Assembly: GCA_963841015.1 (NCBI GenBank)
Contig: CAWJAX010000003.1
Location: forward strand, 288,001 to 352,000
DNA length: 64,000 bases
Direction of reading: 5' to 3'
From: an uncultured Methanoregulaceae archaeon
GTDB lineage: Archaea; Halobacteriota; Methanomicrobia; Methanomicrobiales; Methanospirillaceae
Shown here: positions 31,544 through 41,776 of the stretch, in pieces
Position numbering within the stretch: the first letter of the stretch is position 1
Layout: each line of letters opens with the position of its first letter
Made by a program: the position numbers and the translations under genes
The notes under the pieces: model-generated
What the model was told of the DNA's origin: nothing
The model's input: the letters and a program-made list of their open reading frames with translations, nothing else
Databases searched by the model: none

Positions 31544-32512
31544 TTATCCCGGATTTGCCCCGGAAGCCTGAATTTCATCTCGGAAGGCTACTTCAATCAT
31601 GTCCAGATCATTGGGTGCAATGATTGAGCCGGAGAATTTTTTCTTTGCATCTTCGATATGTGCCTGTGCATCCGGATACCGTGAACTGGTATGTATAAGA
31701 ACAAGAGTCCGTGCATTGAGCACTGATGCCGCTTCTCCTGCCTGTGCTGCTGTCGCATGAAAAAACTCTGCCCCGCGTTCTGCTTCAGACTCATCATAGG
31801 TTGCGTCATGGATCAGGAGATCGGCATCATGGGCAATCTCTCTGATACTCATATGGATGGCGCGTGTATCACCAGTATACACGATTTTACGACCTGGCCG
31901 TGCAGGTCCCATCACGTGTCCGGGCCGAATCTCACGTGCATCACCACCCGTTCCCAAGGTTATTATCTCGCCTCTCTGAAGTCTGCCAAAGAGCGGGCCG
32001 GGAGGGACACCCAGCCCTATTGCCTGCTCACGGTTGAACCTGCCAGGCCGCGCATCTTCCTCAAGAATATAGCCAAGGGAAGGAAGTCCGTGTTTTGTTA
32101 AAAAAGCAGTTATGGTATACCCATCAAACCGCACCCATGAACCCTGCCCAAGCTCGACAGATTCAAGGGAAAATTTCAGATTGTACCGTGCGACCTGCCG
32201 GAGGATACTGACAAATTCATGTACCCATTCAGGGCCATAAATCGTGAGGGGATCGGTCCGGCCATTAAATGACATGGTCTGGATGAGGCCGAAAAGACCG
32301 AGGAAATGATCTGCATGCCAGTGGGAGATAAAAACTGCATTTACCGTAAAGCCGCACCGGGAACGCATCATCTGCTGCTGGGCACCTTCCCCACAGTCAA
32401 AGAGAATTGTATCCGAACCGCGCCGGATCATGATGCAGGATGGATTCCGCGAAGGAGTGGGCAGTGCCCCTGCTGTACCAAGAAAATAGACATGCAGAGT
32501 CTCACCGCTCAT
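31544..32512 (-). CDS. rnz: Ribonuclease Z
   Basis: FLGTAGALPT, FDCGEGAQ, SHWHADHFLG, exosite GVPPGP, YTGDT and HTSSRY motifs. Confidence 0.95.
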   Translation of the reverse strand: MSGETLHVYFLGTAGALPTPSRNPSCIMIRRGSDTILFDCGEGAQQQMMRSRCGFTVNAVFISHWHADHFLGLFGLIQTMSFNGRTDPLTIYGPEWVHEFVSILRQVARYNLKFSLESVELGQGSWVRFDGYTITAFLTKHGLPSLGYILEEDARPGRFNREQAIGLGVPPGPLFGRLQRGEIITLGTGGDAREIRPGHVMGPARPGRKIVYTGDTRAIHMSIREIAHDADLLIHDATYDESEAERGAEFFHATAAQAGEAASVLNARTLVLIHTSSRYPDAQAHIEDAKKKFSGSIIAPNDLDMIEVAFRDEIQASGANPG

Positions 32513-33283
32513 AAAAAGCACTTCCTGAAAACTGAAAGACTTTTTTTCGCCTCATCGATTGACCTTCCTTCAATAACAACCACTCCGTTGTAGTTTGCAG
32601 CTGATAGTCTTTCCGACAGCGGACCAGGAAATTGTCCCATCTCCAAGGGCAAGATGTTCATCACTCATACCGTTATTGTCGTGAATATGGATGTGATGTG
32701 CTTTTTTTGTATAGCGAAGAAAATCGTTTACTTTCCCGATCGTGTTCGCGTGCCCGAAGTCAAATGTCATACCTATCCCCTCAATTCCTTCTGTCATACC
32801 GATCAGTTCCTCAGGAAGCCGGCAGAGAAATTCCTTGATGCCGATCATATTTTCGAGGCAGGCAAGAACTGAATGCTCCTGTGCACATTTACCGATCTGC
32901 CTGAGTGCTTCTTTCTGGAGATCCCAGACTTTCTGGGGCATAAGTTTGCCCACCGGAGACAGGTATCCGGGATGGATGACAACCTTATCTGTCAGCGCTG
33001 ATGCATGTTCAATACAGGTGCAGATCTGCCGTATCGACTCCCGCCATATCGGGTCGTTTAATGTAGCGAGGTTCAGGTCACCATACGGTGCATGTACCGT
33101 TATCTCCAGCTGCGTGCTTGCGATCACTTCTTCAATTTTTAAAAAACATGCAGGGTTATCGAGCTGGTAATTTCCATCACCAACAATCTCCCATCCTGCA
33201 TACCCCGCCTCTTTTATACCATATACCCAGGAAATATCATCCCAGACTTTTGATGAGGATGAGAAATAGGGTTTGAGCATCAT
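32509..33283 (-). CDS. Sugar phosphate isomerase/epimerase (AP endonuclease 2 TIM barrel); 1-nt frameshift at ~32602
   Basis: VHAPYGDLN, IHPG, LENM, FDFGHAN and HIHDNNGMSDEHL. Corrected C-terminus ...NYNGVVVIEGRS...KCFL ends at 32509, overlapping the rnz start. Confidence 0.85.
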
Positions 33284-33828
33284 CGATCACACCCAATAGT
33301 CTCGAGGAGGTTATGCGTTGCAACGAAAAATTCTGCAAGTGTCCCCTCATTGGAAAGGTGCAAATCGGCATCCTTCAGTGCGTTACCCAGACCCCAGCCC
33401 ATCTCGCGCAAATCCCGGGAACGGAGCCTGTCCGCCGATTCAAAATCGTCAGATCGACCCCGCACCCTGATACGGGCTAATCGTGTTTCAAAGGAGGAGT
33501 CGATGCTGATGAGGGTAAAACCGGGAAAAATTCTGCGAAACATCGTTACCTCTGCATCTCCCCGTATACCATCAATAAGTACAAGGGGGGCAGTCTGGCG
33601 TTGTATCTCGGGAACACAGAGGTGTGCGATTGCATCCATGCCCCGTTCCGCGCGGAGTCTGTTTGCCATTGCACCAAGATTTGCATCCGTCGGCTTTTGG
33701 CCTGCGTCTTTTACTGCATTCCGGATCATATCACCCATAACTATTACCGGGACACCCATTCCCGCCGCAATCTTTGAAAACTCACCTTTACCGCTTGCGG
33801 GAAGCCCGACGACTCCGATCACCTTCAT
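33280..33828 (-). CDS. Dephospho-CoA kinase-like P-loop kinase (UPF0200)
   Basis: VVGLPASGKG, MGDMIR, IDGIRG, RGRSDD and RDLREMGWG motifs. Confidence 0.85.
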   Translation of the reverse strand: MKVIGVVGLPASGKGEFSKIAAGMGVPVIVMGDMIRNAVKDAGQKPTDANLGAMANRLRAERGMDAIAHLCVPEIQRQTAPLVLIDGIRGDAEVTMFRRIFPGFTLISIDSSFETRLARIRVRGRSDDFESADRLRSRDLREMGWGLGNALKDADLHLSNEGTLAEFFVATHNLLETIGCDR

Positions 33829-34519
33829 AGACAATTTCACCTCCTTCACGCGTCCGGATCTTTACGCTCCGAGCCAATGTATCCGCAATTTTTTTCAGTT
33901 CCGCTTCTGAAAGTGGACGGACTTCTCCGGTTACCCCCTGCTGCAGTACGATATCCACCCCACCAGCCTCACGGGCGATGATGGGGACTTCATCATCATA
34001 CCCGCGGAACAGGGTAATCACGACCTCAAATTCAGGTAAACGTCCCTTTTCGTGAGCCTCTCTGCAGATTGCAAGCGATTTCTGCACATCACTAACATAA
34101 TTTCCCTTGAGGAGGTTATTATACCGCGCCCAGCGCGCTTTTATATCGAGCGCAACGCGATCCACCATACCCTCCTGGATTAATGCTTCAAGCGTGTCCG
34201 GAAAGACACCATTTGTCTGGACACCCACTGCAAGGCCCATCCCTTTTGCTATCCGGGCAAGAGCAAGTAACGCATCCTTTTGCAGTGTGGGTTCACCTCC
34301 GGAAAAGACTACACCGCTTATAGCAAACAGCGAGCCCCGGATCATATCTGTAATTTCATCGATCCCGTGCTCATCTGTTCCGGAGACAATGGAAGAGTTC
34401 TGGCAGTATGTGCAGCGGACAGGGCATCCCCGGAAAAAGACCGTGCAGACCGATCTGCCCCGCCAGTCAACTGTTGAAAGCGGAACAAAACCCCCAAAGT
34501 TCAGTTTGATAGTAATCAC
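33788..34519 (-). CDS. nrdG: Anaerobic ribonucleotide reductase activating radical SAM protein
   Basis: STVDW...FFRGCPVRCTYCQN, FSGGEPTLQ, TNG and LDIKA motifs. Confidence 0.85.
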   Translation of the reverse strand: MITIKLNFGGFVPLSTVDWRGRSVCTVFFRGCPVRCTYCQNSSIVSGTDEHGIDEITDMIRGSLFAISGVVFSGGEPTLQKDALLALARIAKGMGLAVGVQTNGVFPDTLEALIQEGMVDRVALDIKARWARYNNLLKGNYVSDVQKSLAICREAHEKGRLPEFEVVITLFRGYDDEVPIIAREAGGVDIVLQQGVTGEVRPLSEAELKKIADTLARSVKIRTREGGEIVYEGDRSRRASRKR

Positions 34520-34603
34520 CGTGCCGGATTATTTAAGTACAGACAATATTTGAGAGTATTGAGTTGTAATTGCAGAGAGAAAAAACCATGTGCGGGGGGC
34601 GTC

Positions 34604-35186
34604 TTACCTGCAGTCTGATGATACCGGTATCCGTTACGATTATATCCATTATGGCATCGGTTGCATCTGCAGGGATTTCTTCTACTTCCTGGCAGGAAAA
34701 CGCAATCCCGATCCTCCTGAGGTGGGGGTGTAAAGAGAGGAAGCGATCATAATAACCGGCGCCATAACCAAGCCGGTTTCCTTTTTTATCGAACGCAAGC
34801 ATGGGAATGATTACTGTTTTTATATCAGAAGCCAATGCAGGCAGTTCACGGCCAACCGGTTCGGGTACATGAAATGTACTCTCCAGTAAAACATCGGGAT
34901 CTTTGAGGTACGACAGCCGCAGGGTTTTTGTATCCTTTTCAATAATGGGAACGACTACGGTTTTTCCCCCTGATATGAGATGTCCGATTAGTGCTTTTGT
35001 ATTTACTTCACGCGGTTTTGATGCATATATCATAAGAGGATCAGTACCATCAATCACCTCCAGCAGGCGCCTGCAGATAAGCCTGCTTTTTTCTTCAATC
35101 TCTGCGGCTGAAAGTGAAGCCCGTACGGTTCGTGCATGATCCCGCAGTAATTTTTTTTTGTCGTTGGAAGAAAGAGCGTCCGTCAT
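34604..35186 (-). CDS. 5-formyltetrahydrofolate cyclo-ligase (probable 1-nt insertion at ~34614 extends the ORF to 34533)
   Basis: KKLLR, EVNT and IIPMLAFDKKGNRLGYGAGYYDRFL. Removing one base in AGTCT gives ...IISCR-stop at 34604. Confidence 0.88.
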
Positions 35187-35280
35187 GATGCTGATACTAT
35201 CATTTGGCCCATCTATCCGATAATCCTGATCTTTATTTCTTTGTTGAGGGAGCAAAAAATAAAAAAAGAAACCCGCAGGA

Positions 35281-36558
35281 TTAGAATTTAAAATGCCGGT
35301 TAACTATTTTTATGGCACAGTAATCTCCGCACATGGTACAGGCATCAGTATCAGCCGGCATCCGTTCAGCTCGTATCGCACGGGCCCGGGGCGCATTAAT
35401 TGCAACCGCGAACTGGCGTTCCCAGTCTAAATCGCGGCGTGCATGGCCCATCTCGAGGTCTGCTTCGCGGGTCTTTTTGAGTTTTATCATATCACCGATA
35501 TGAGCGGCAATCCGGGAGCTGATAACACCCTCAAAAACTTCCTCCGGGGTCGGGAGTGCAAGGTGCTCAGCGGGGGTCACATAGCAGATGAAATCCGCAC
35601 CTAAGGATGACGATATCGCAGCTCCGATAGCTGCGACACGGTCATCATACCCCGGGGCAATGTCAGTGACAATAGGCCCGAGCATGTAAAAGGGTTTATT
35701 GTTGGTAACGCGTTTCATGAGGGTGACATTGGTGGCAATCTCATCAATGGGCACGTGTCCCGGGCCTTCGACAATAACCTGAACACCGTCGTTATGAGCC
35801 TTATCTGCAAGTTCAGCGTTGATGAGCAGTTCCTGCACGGCAGCCCTGTCGGTTGCATCGTGAACTGCGCCCGCTCTCATACCGTTTCCCATGGAAAGGG
35901 TGACTTCATGCTCCTTCATAATCTCAAGCAGGTAATCGAATTCAGCATAGAGGGGGTTCTCTTTTTCATTATGGAGCATCCATGCGGTCATAAACGCACC
36001 GCCCCGGGAAACAAGCCCCGCGTGCCGACCCTGGTTCCTGAGACGTTTGACCGTTTCCCAGTTGATGCCGGTATGAATGGCCATGAAGTTCGTCCCGAGT
36101 TTTGCCTGTTCTGCGGTGATCCGGAACAGGTCATCTTCCTTCATGTTGACAACAGCACCATCTTTCTGTGCTGCTTCAATAAAGGCCTGGTACAGGGGTA
36201 CGCACCCGACCGACAGTTTTGTATTGGCTATCACCTGTTTACGGATTTCTATGAAGTCTCCCCCGGTCGAAAGTTCCATCAGGGTATCAGCTCCGGCAAG
36301 TTCTGCCTGACGGGCTTTTTCAAGTTCCTCGGGTATATTTACAATGTCTGAAGAAGTCCCAATGGATGCGTTCACTTTGGTGCGCAGTCCTTCACCAATC
36401 CCACATATTTTGACTTTCCGGTAAGGGGAAACCGGGATGACAATATGCCCCTGTGCAACCCCGCGCCGGACAAAGTCCTCGGTAACTCCTTCCTGCTTTG
36501 CTACGATCTTCATCTCTTCCGTAACGATGCCATTCCTGGCATCAGTGATAATACTCAT
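35281..36558 (-). CDS. thiC: ThiC-family radical SAM enzyme; motif variants suggest the BzaF/BzaB (5-hydroxybenzimidazole synthase) clade
   Basis: TKVNASIGTS, MELSTGG, VSRGG, EGPGH, TDIAPGYD, YVTPAEHL and C-terminal CTMCGDYC. Confidence 0.88.
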   Translation of the reverse strand: MSIITDARNGIVTEEMKIVAKQEGVTEDFVRRGVAQGHIVIPVSPYRKVKICGIGEGLRTKVNASIGTSSDIVNIPEELEKARQAELAGADTLMELSTGGDFIEIRKQVIANTKLSVGCVPLYQAFIEAAQKDGAVVNMKEDDLFRITAEQAKLGTNFMAIHTGINWETVKRLRNQGRHAGLVSRGGAFMTAWMLHNEKENPLYAEFDYLLEIMKEHEVTLSMGNGMRAGAVHDATDRAAVQELLINAELADKAHNDGVQVIVEGPGHVPIDEIATNVTLMKRVTNNKPFYMLGPIVTDIAPGYDDRVAAIGAAISSSLGADFICYVTPAEHLALPTPEEVFEGVISSRIAAHIGDMIKLKKTREADLEMGHARRDLDWERQFAVAINAPRARAIRAERMPADTDACTMCGDYCAIKIVNRHFKF

Positions 36559-36753
36559 ACCATACACGTTGCCGTAAAGACAAGATAAAGCCTCGGTTTT
36601 AAAATTCTGGACTAAATCTGGCTTGTTAAGTGAACAAGTAAAGTTGATTTGGACTAAGAAAGATTTTTTTGAGTTTCTTACCCTGCCAACGGATGTTTTT
36701 AAAAAAGTGGTTGTTTTAAACCCAAGGTGAGGTACAGAGCAGGGATTGCAAGA

Positions 36754-36770
36754 AACATTTATATATAAAT
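36754..36770 (+). promoter_or_regulatory. BRE/TATA promoter of cdc48-hsp20
   Basis: Purine-rich AAGAAA followed by palindromic CATTTATATATAAATG, ~45 nt before the ATG. Confidence 0.6.
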
Positions 36771-36812
36771 GAACGCTAACCTATGGTAAACCTTGAACTC
36801 CAGGGGGATTTT

Positions 36813-39206
36813 ATGATGACAGACAAAGATTTTACAGAAGTTACGGTAAAAGAAGCCGCTCACGAAGATGCAGGACGGGGCATTGCACGCGTGAGCATCG
36901 AAGTGATGAAGAAACTCGGGCTGGTCTCCGGGGACGTTATCGAGATCCAGGGCAAAAAGAAAGCAGCTGCAATAGTATGGCCGGGTTTTCAGCAGGATAC
37001 CGGATATGGAATTCTCCGTATAGATGGTAACATACGGGGTAACCTGAGCACGGGGATTGACGAGAAGGTAAAAATCCGGAAATCCGAGGCTGAATATGCC
37101 AAGAAGGTGGTGATCCAGCCCACGCAGCCAATACGCCTCGTGGGGGGTGAACAGTATCTGTCACGTGTCCTGCGCGGGCGGGCGGTATTTGAAGGCCAGA
37201 CACAAAGAATTGACGTGATCGGGAATTCCATCACCCTTGTAATTGCCAAGGTCCTGCCGAAAGGAATTGCAATTGTCACTGATGAAACCGAGATTGAACT
37301 CAAAGAAGAACCCTACAATCCCGAAGAGGGTAAAAAGGAAGTCTCTGACATTCACTATGAGGATATCGGGGGTCTTGGCCGGGAGCTGCAGCTCGTAAGG
37401 GAAATGATCGAACTCCCCTTGCGGCACCCGGAGATCTTTGAGCGGCTGGGTATCCAGCCACCCAAAGGGGTACTCCTTTATGGACCGCCGGGCACGGGTA
37501 AGACCCTTATTGCCAAAGCTGTGGCAAACGAGGTTGATGCCCACTTCATTTCACTCTCAGGGCCGGAAATAATGAGCAAGTACTATGGAGAGAGTGAGAA
37601 AGGACTCCGTGAAAAATTTGAAGAAGCTGAACAGAATGCTCCGGCAATTATCTTCATTGATGAGATCGATTCGATTGCACCCAAACGGGAAGAGACAAAA
37701 GGGGAAGTCGAACGGCGGGTGGTTGCCCAGCTCCTTTCCCTGATGGATGGACTCAAGGGCCGGGGGCAGGTCATTGTTATAGCTGCAACCAACCTTCCGG
37801 ATTCTATCGATCCCGCGCTCAGGCGTGGTGGACGGTTTGACCGGGAGATTGAGATCGGTATTCCTGATAAAAAGGGAAGGCTGGAAATATTCCAGGTTCA
37901 TTCCCGGGGTGTACCGCTCTCAGATGATGTGAAGATCGAGGAGTTCGCAAACTCCACACACGGGTTTGTGGGCGCGGATATCTCCCTCCTTGTCAAGGAA
38001 GCAGCAATGCATGCACTGCGCAAGGTTATACCGCAGATTAAGCTCGATGAGGACATTCCCAATGAAGTACTTGACCAGCTGAAAGTCACCAAAGAAGATT
38101 TCGATGAAGCACGAAAGCACGTTGAACCGAGCGCGATGCGTGAGGTGCTTGTTGAAGTACCGGATGTAACCTGGAAGCAGGTCGGCGGACTTGAGGACGT
38201 AAAACAGGAATTAAAAGAAGCGGTGGAATGGCCGCTTAAATTCCCGGATGTGTTCGACCGACTCCAGACCAAGCCTCCAAAGGGCATCCTCCTCTTCGGG
38301 CCGCCCGGTACAGGTAAAACCCTGCTTGCAAAAGCCGTGGCAAACGAAAGCGAATGTAACTTTATCGCCGTAAAGGGACCCGAACTTTTATCGAAGTGGG
38401 TAGGGGAATCAGAAAAAGGTGTACGGGAGATATTCCGCAAAGCACGGCAGGCATCCCCCTCGATCATCTTCTTCGATGAGATCGATGCGCTTGTTCCCAA
38501 ACGGGGGACCTACCAGGGATCATCCCATGTGACAGAAAGTGTGGTGAGCCAGATTCTCACCGAACTTGACGGTATGGAGGAACTTAAAAACGTCACGATA
38601 CTTGCAGCTACCAACCGCCCGGACATGCTGGATGAGGCACTGCTCCGTCCCGGGCGCCTTGAACGTCACATCTATGTTCCCGCGCCAGATGAGGAAAGCC
38701 GGAGGAAAATCTTTGAGGTTTACCTTGGGGGAGAGACTGGAAATATCCTTGCAAAAGACGTTGATATCGAGGCACTTGTCGAAAAGACTGAAGGATATGT
38801 CGGCGCTGACATTGAAGCACTGGTCCGGGAAGCGAAAATGGCGGCAATGCGTGACTTCATTATTCTGATGGGGACCAGGAATGAGCAGGAACGAAAAGAT
38901 GCCATCAAGAACGTGATGCTGACAAAGGCACACTTTGAAGCGGGAGTGTCTAAAGTCAAAGGCTCGCTTGACCGTGATGCGATTGAGAAATCCGAGCGTC
39001 AGGCATGGGAGATGCTCTATAACCAGGATCAGCGGACTATTCTTGACAAGGCGTCATCTGCCATCAATCGTGCCGGCATGATGCAGAAAAAGACTGATGA
39101 ACCGTTACTCAGTGACCTTCGAAAAGCAACGTACCAGAGAAAAAAGGATTTTGCCGGGATCGCAAAACTTACTGAAGCTATGGAAAAGAAAAACGAGGCA
39201 AAATAA
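36813..39206 (+). CDS. cdc48: CDC48/VAT AAA+ ATPase
   Basis: N-domain plus two AAA modules (GPPGTGKT twice, [30 protein letters not shown]). Confidence 0.96.
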   Translation: MMTDKDFTEVTVKEAAHEDAGRGIARVSIEVMKKLGLVSGDVIEIQGKKKAAAIVWPGFQQDTGYGILRIDGNIRGNLSTGIDEKVKIRKSEAEYAKKVVIQPTQPIRLVGGEQYLSRVLRGRAVFEGQTQRIDVIGNSITLVIAKVLPKGIAIVTDETEIELKEEPYNPEEGKKEVSDIHYEDIGGLGRELQLVREMIELPLRHPEIFERLGIQPPKGVLLYGPPGTGKTLIAKAVANEVDAHFISLSGPEIMSKYYGESEKGLREKFEEAEQNAPAIIFIDEIDSIAPKREETKGEVERRVVAQLLSLMDGLKGRGQVIVIAATNLPDSIDPALRRGGRFDREIEIGIPDKKGRLEIFQVHSRGVPLSDDVKIEEFANSTHGFVGADISLLVKEAAMHALRKVIPQIKLDEDIPNEVLDQLKVTKEDFDEARKHVEPSAMREVLVEVPDVTWKQVGGLEDVKQELKEAVEWPLKFPDVFDRLQTKPPKGILLFGPPGTGKTLLAKAVANESECNFIAVKGPELLSKWVGESEKGVREIFRKARQASPSIIFFDEIDALVPKRGTYQGSSHVTESVVSQILTELDGMEELKNVTILAATNRPDMLDEALLRPGRLERHIYVPAPDEESRRKIFEVYLGGETGNILAKDVDIEALVEKTEGYVGADIEALVREAKMAAMRDFIILMGTRNEQERKDAIKNVMLTKAHFEAGVSKVKGSLDRDAIEKSERQAWEMLYNQDQRTILDKASSAINRAGMMQKKTDEPLLSDLRKATYQRKKDFAGIAKLTEAMEKKNEAK

Positions 39207-39241
39207 CCGTTTGAAAAAATGAACGAGTGGAGGAATTACCA

Positions 39242-39688
39242 ATGTATGACGATCCGCAGGATATGTTTTATGACATGGATGAACTATTCACCCATCTTTA
39301 TACACAGATGACCCGTAATTTTGCAACAGGGGATCCGGATACATTTGTTTACTACAGGATAATCCGGCAGAATGGACAATCACCCGTGATACCCTGTTCG
39401 CAGAGCAACCAGCTGAGGACAAACTCAGAACCGGTTGTAGAAATTCACCTGATTGGTGACGAGGTGAAAGTGATCACTGAACTTCCCGGTATGACAATGG
39501 ACGCGATAGAACTCAAACTCCTGGGATCTGCACTCACCATTGATGCAGACGGGGGTTCTTCGCAGTATCATACACACGCAGATTTACCACCGGTAGATTC
39601 GGGATCAATGCAGACCTCGTTTAAAAACGGGGTGCTTGAAGTGACGTTAAAGAGGTTACCGGATAACTCAGAAGCAGGAAGCTCGTGA
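39242..39688 (+). CDS. Hsp20/alpha-crystallin small heat-shock protein
   Basis: EPVVEI...VITELPG...SFKNGVLEVTL. Confidence 0.88.
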   Translation: MYDDPQDMFYDMDELFTHLYTQMTRNFATGDPDTFVYYRIIRQNGQSPVIPCSQSNQLRTNSEPVVEIHLIGDEVKVITELPGMTMDAIELKLLGSALTIDADGGSSQYHTHADLPPVDSGSMQTSFKNGVLEVTLKRLPDNSEAGSS

Positions 39689-39747
39689 AACAGCTTACCT
39701 TTGATTCTCTTTTTTTATATCGACAAATATTCTGTAATCTTTGTGCT

Positions 39748-40297
39748 GTCCGCCATGGCGGCCCTTCGGGAGCGGTGGCGATCATTGTAAATGGCGGCGT
39801 GTGAAAAAAAATCTCGTAGCATACCTGAATAGTTCAATTTTCATGGGAATCCCTTTTCCCTTGATATGAATTTCAGGCTGCTGGTACGATGAAGGAGGGG
39901 ACAGTGCCTGTCCCCCCATACCGCCCCTGCGCTGAGCGATGATGACGTAGCACCTGTTCAGGAGTTATCGCATCGGGGGAGCCACAGCAGCGGGGGTGAA
40001 ACGCCTTTGAGCGTTTAGCTTGAAATTGAGCATTTCTAAAGAGTTAAAAATCCGGATCTGGAGAACCGGACATGAATCTTTACGTTCACACTGGCATAAA
40101 AAAAATCGCCTGAAACGATGGACGCACGCTTCAGGGCCTTTCCAAAGCACAGCGGGGCAAGGAAGTTTTTTTTAATTTTTAGTTATCAATCCGCCGTGGG
40201 TGTGTCAATTCGGGGAAGGCGGTATTCATCGTACCTGAATAATAAAAAAAGCATCATCTCCGCGACATATCTGGATGCTACGATTTTCACGGGAAAA
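39748..40297. repeat. Dispersed repeat cluster R4: B(-), A(+), C(-), B(-)
   Basis: 39748-39849 reverse B; ~39847-40043 forward A ending TTCTAAAGAG; 40057-40200 reverse C starting TCTGGAGAA; ~40198-40297 degenerate reverse B. Confidence 0.85.
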
Positions 40298-40454
40298 ATC
40301 AGCACTGTTGAAATGTTTAAAAAAACCTGAACGCTCTTTTGATTTAAAATTCAAAAATATCTCGAATTTTGCTATTAAAAATAAATATTTCAACTATTTT
40401 AAGTTAAATTTAAAACAAAATATTTATATATAATTAAATAAAAAAGAAAAAAAT

Positions 40455-40619
40455 ATGCCCGAATTCATACCTTGTCCGAATAAGGGATGTAAAAACGGTA
40501 AAATTCATTTGTTTGTTGGTTTTGACATTTTCTGGAGTAATTGTCCGGTGTGCAGGGGATCGGGATTCATCGTAAAAAGTGTCCAGAAATCAGCATCGAA
40601 AATCGTAAAAGAGATCTGA
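40455..40619 (+). CDS. Small DnaJ-type zinc-finger protein, 54 aa
   Basis: MPEFIPCPNKGCKNGKIHLFVGFDIFWSNCPVCRGSGFIVKSVQKSASKIVKEI; strong TTTATATA at 40423-40430, ~25 nt upstream (leaderless). Confidence 0.7.
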   Translation: MPEFIPCPNKGCKNGKIHLFVGFDIFWSNCPVCRGSGFIVKSVQKSASKIVKEI

Positions 40620-40836
40620 GTGAATGCGAGAAGCAAAATAATACCAGTTCATCATTAAGGTGCACATATCTTGAATCTACAACACCCCCCAACATTCACG
40701 GATACAAGGAGAGGGAACTGGCTCGAAAATTAATTTCAAAATCAGAATAAGTCTGATAAACCTCTAGATCAAACTGCTACACAAATCAGGGTATCTTGGT
40801 AAAGTATGAAGGTGTAATACACTTTTGTGACAGAGG

Positions 40837-41769
40837 ATGGCGGTAAAAATGATACTCAAAGATTTCCTAATCAGCGCAGGAACAGAAAAAAATCTCACGG
40901 AGCTAATACTCTGTTTGAGCACCCAGGCCCGGCAGGTGAAGAATGGTTTTTTTCCTACCTGTATGAAAACACAGGCGTGTGAACTGACCAGAAATACTTT
41001 TGGCGAGGAGCAGATGGCTCTTGACAAGTATGCTGATGCGGTATTTATTTCCGGACTTAAAAAATCACGTCTTGTACATTATATTGCGACAGAAGAACAG
41101 GAACAGATCATAGAAGTCGAACATCCGAAAAACAATTTCGGGGTGGTCATCGATCCTCTTGATGGTTCATCACTCATTGATGTGAACCTCTGTATTGGAT
41201 CGATTATCGGCATTTACCCGGGTCATGTTCTTGAAAAGGGCGCAAAAATGGTGGCCGCCCTCTACATCCTGTACGGGCCACTTACCCTGCTGACACTGAC
41301 AACCGGCAAGGGAGTTCATGAATTCGTCCTGGATGATACGGGTGAATTTGTTCTGAAGGAACAGGATATCAAAATCCCGGAAGGGAAAATTTATGCACCC
41401 GGTGCCCTGAGGAAGGATTATCTTCCTGCTCATGCCCGATGGATTGAGCATCTCGAGCACGAGGGATATAAACTCCGCTTCAGTGGCTGTTTCGTTGCAG
41501 ATGTTCACCAGATCCTCCATAAAGGGGGTGTATTCACGTATCCCGGTTTCAAAGGCAGGGAAAAGGGAAAACTGAGACTCTTGTATGAAGCAAATCCCAT
41601 GGGAAAAATCATTCACGAAGCCGGGGGGGGAATCAGTAACGGAAGGACTGATATTCTCCAGATCCTACCGGAAAAGATCGATCAGGTCACTCCCATTTAT
41701 ATCGGGGGTAAAAAAGAGATCGGGCTGATTGAAAAGTATATGGCTCAAAAGATGATAAAAGAGGAGTGA
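40837..41769 (+). CDS. fbp: Fructose-1,6-bisphosphatase class I
   Basis: [28 protein letters not shown] and [11 protein letters not shown] motifs. Confidence 0.95.
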   Translation: MAVKMILKDFLISAGTEKNLTELILCLSTQARQVKNGFFPTCMKTQACELTRNTFGEEQMALDKYADAVFISGLKKSRLVHYIATEEQEQIIEVEHPKNNFGVVIDPLDGSSLIDVNLCIGSIIGIYPGHVLEKGAKMVAALYILYGPLTLLTLTTGKGVHEFVLDDTGEFVLKEQDIKIPEGKIYAPGALRKDYLPAHARWIEHLEHEGYKLRFSGCFVADVHQILHKGGVFTYPGFKGREKGKLRLLYEANPMGKIIHEAGGGISNGRTDILQILPEKIDQVTPIYIGGKKEIGLIEKYMAQKMIKEE

Positions 41770-41776
41770 TGAGTCT

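Noticed and set aside
37898-38500. Long antisense ORFs over cdc48, acd, aroKE, thiC and others
   Set aside because: Shadow ORFs of well-supported genes on the opposite strand.
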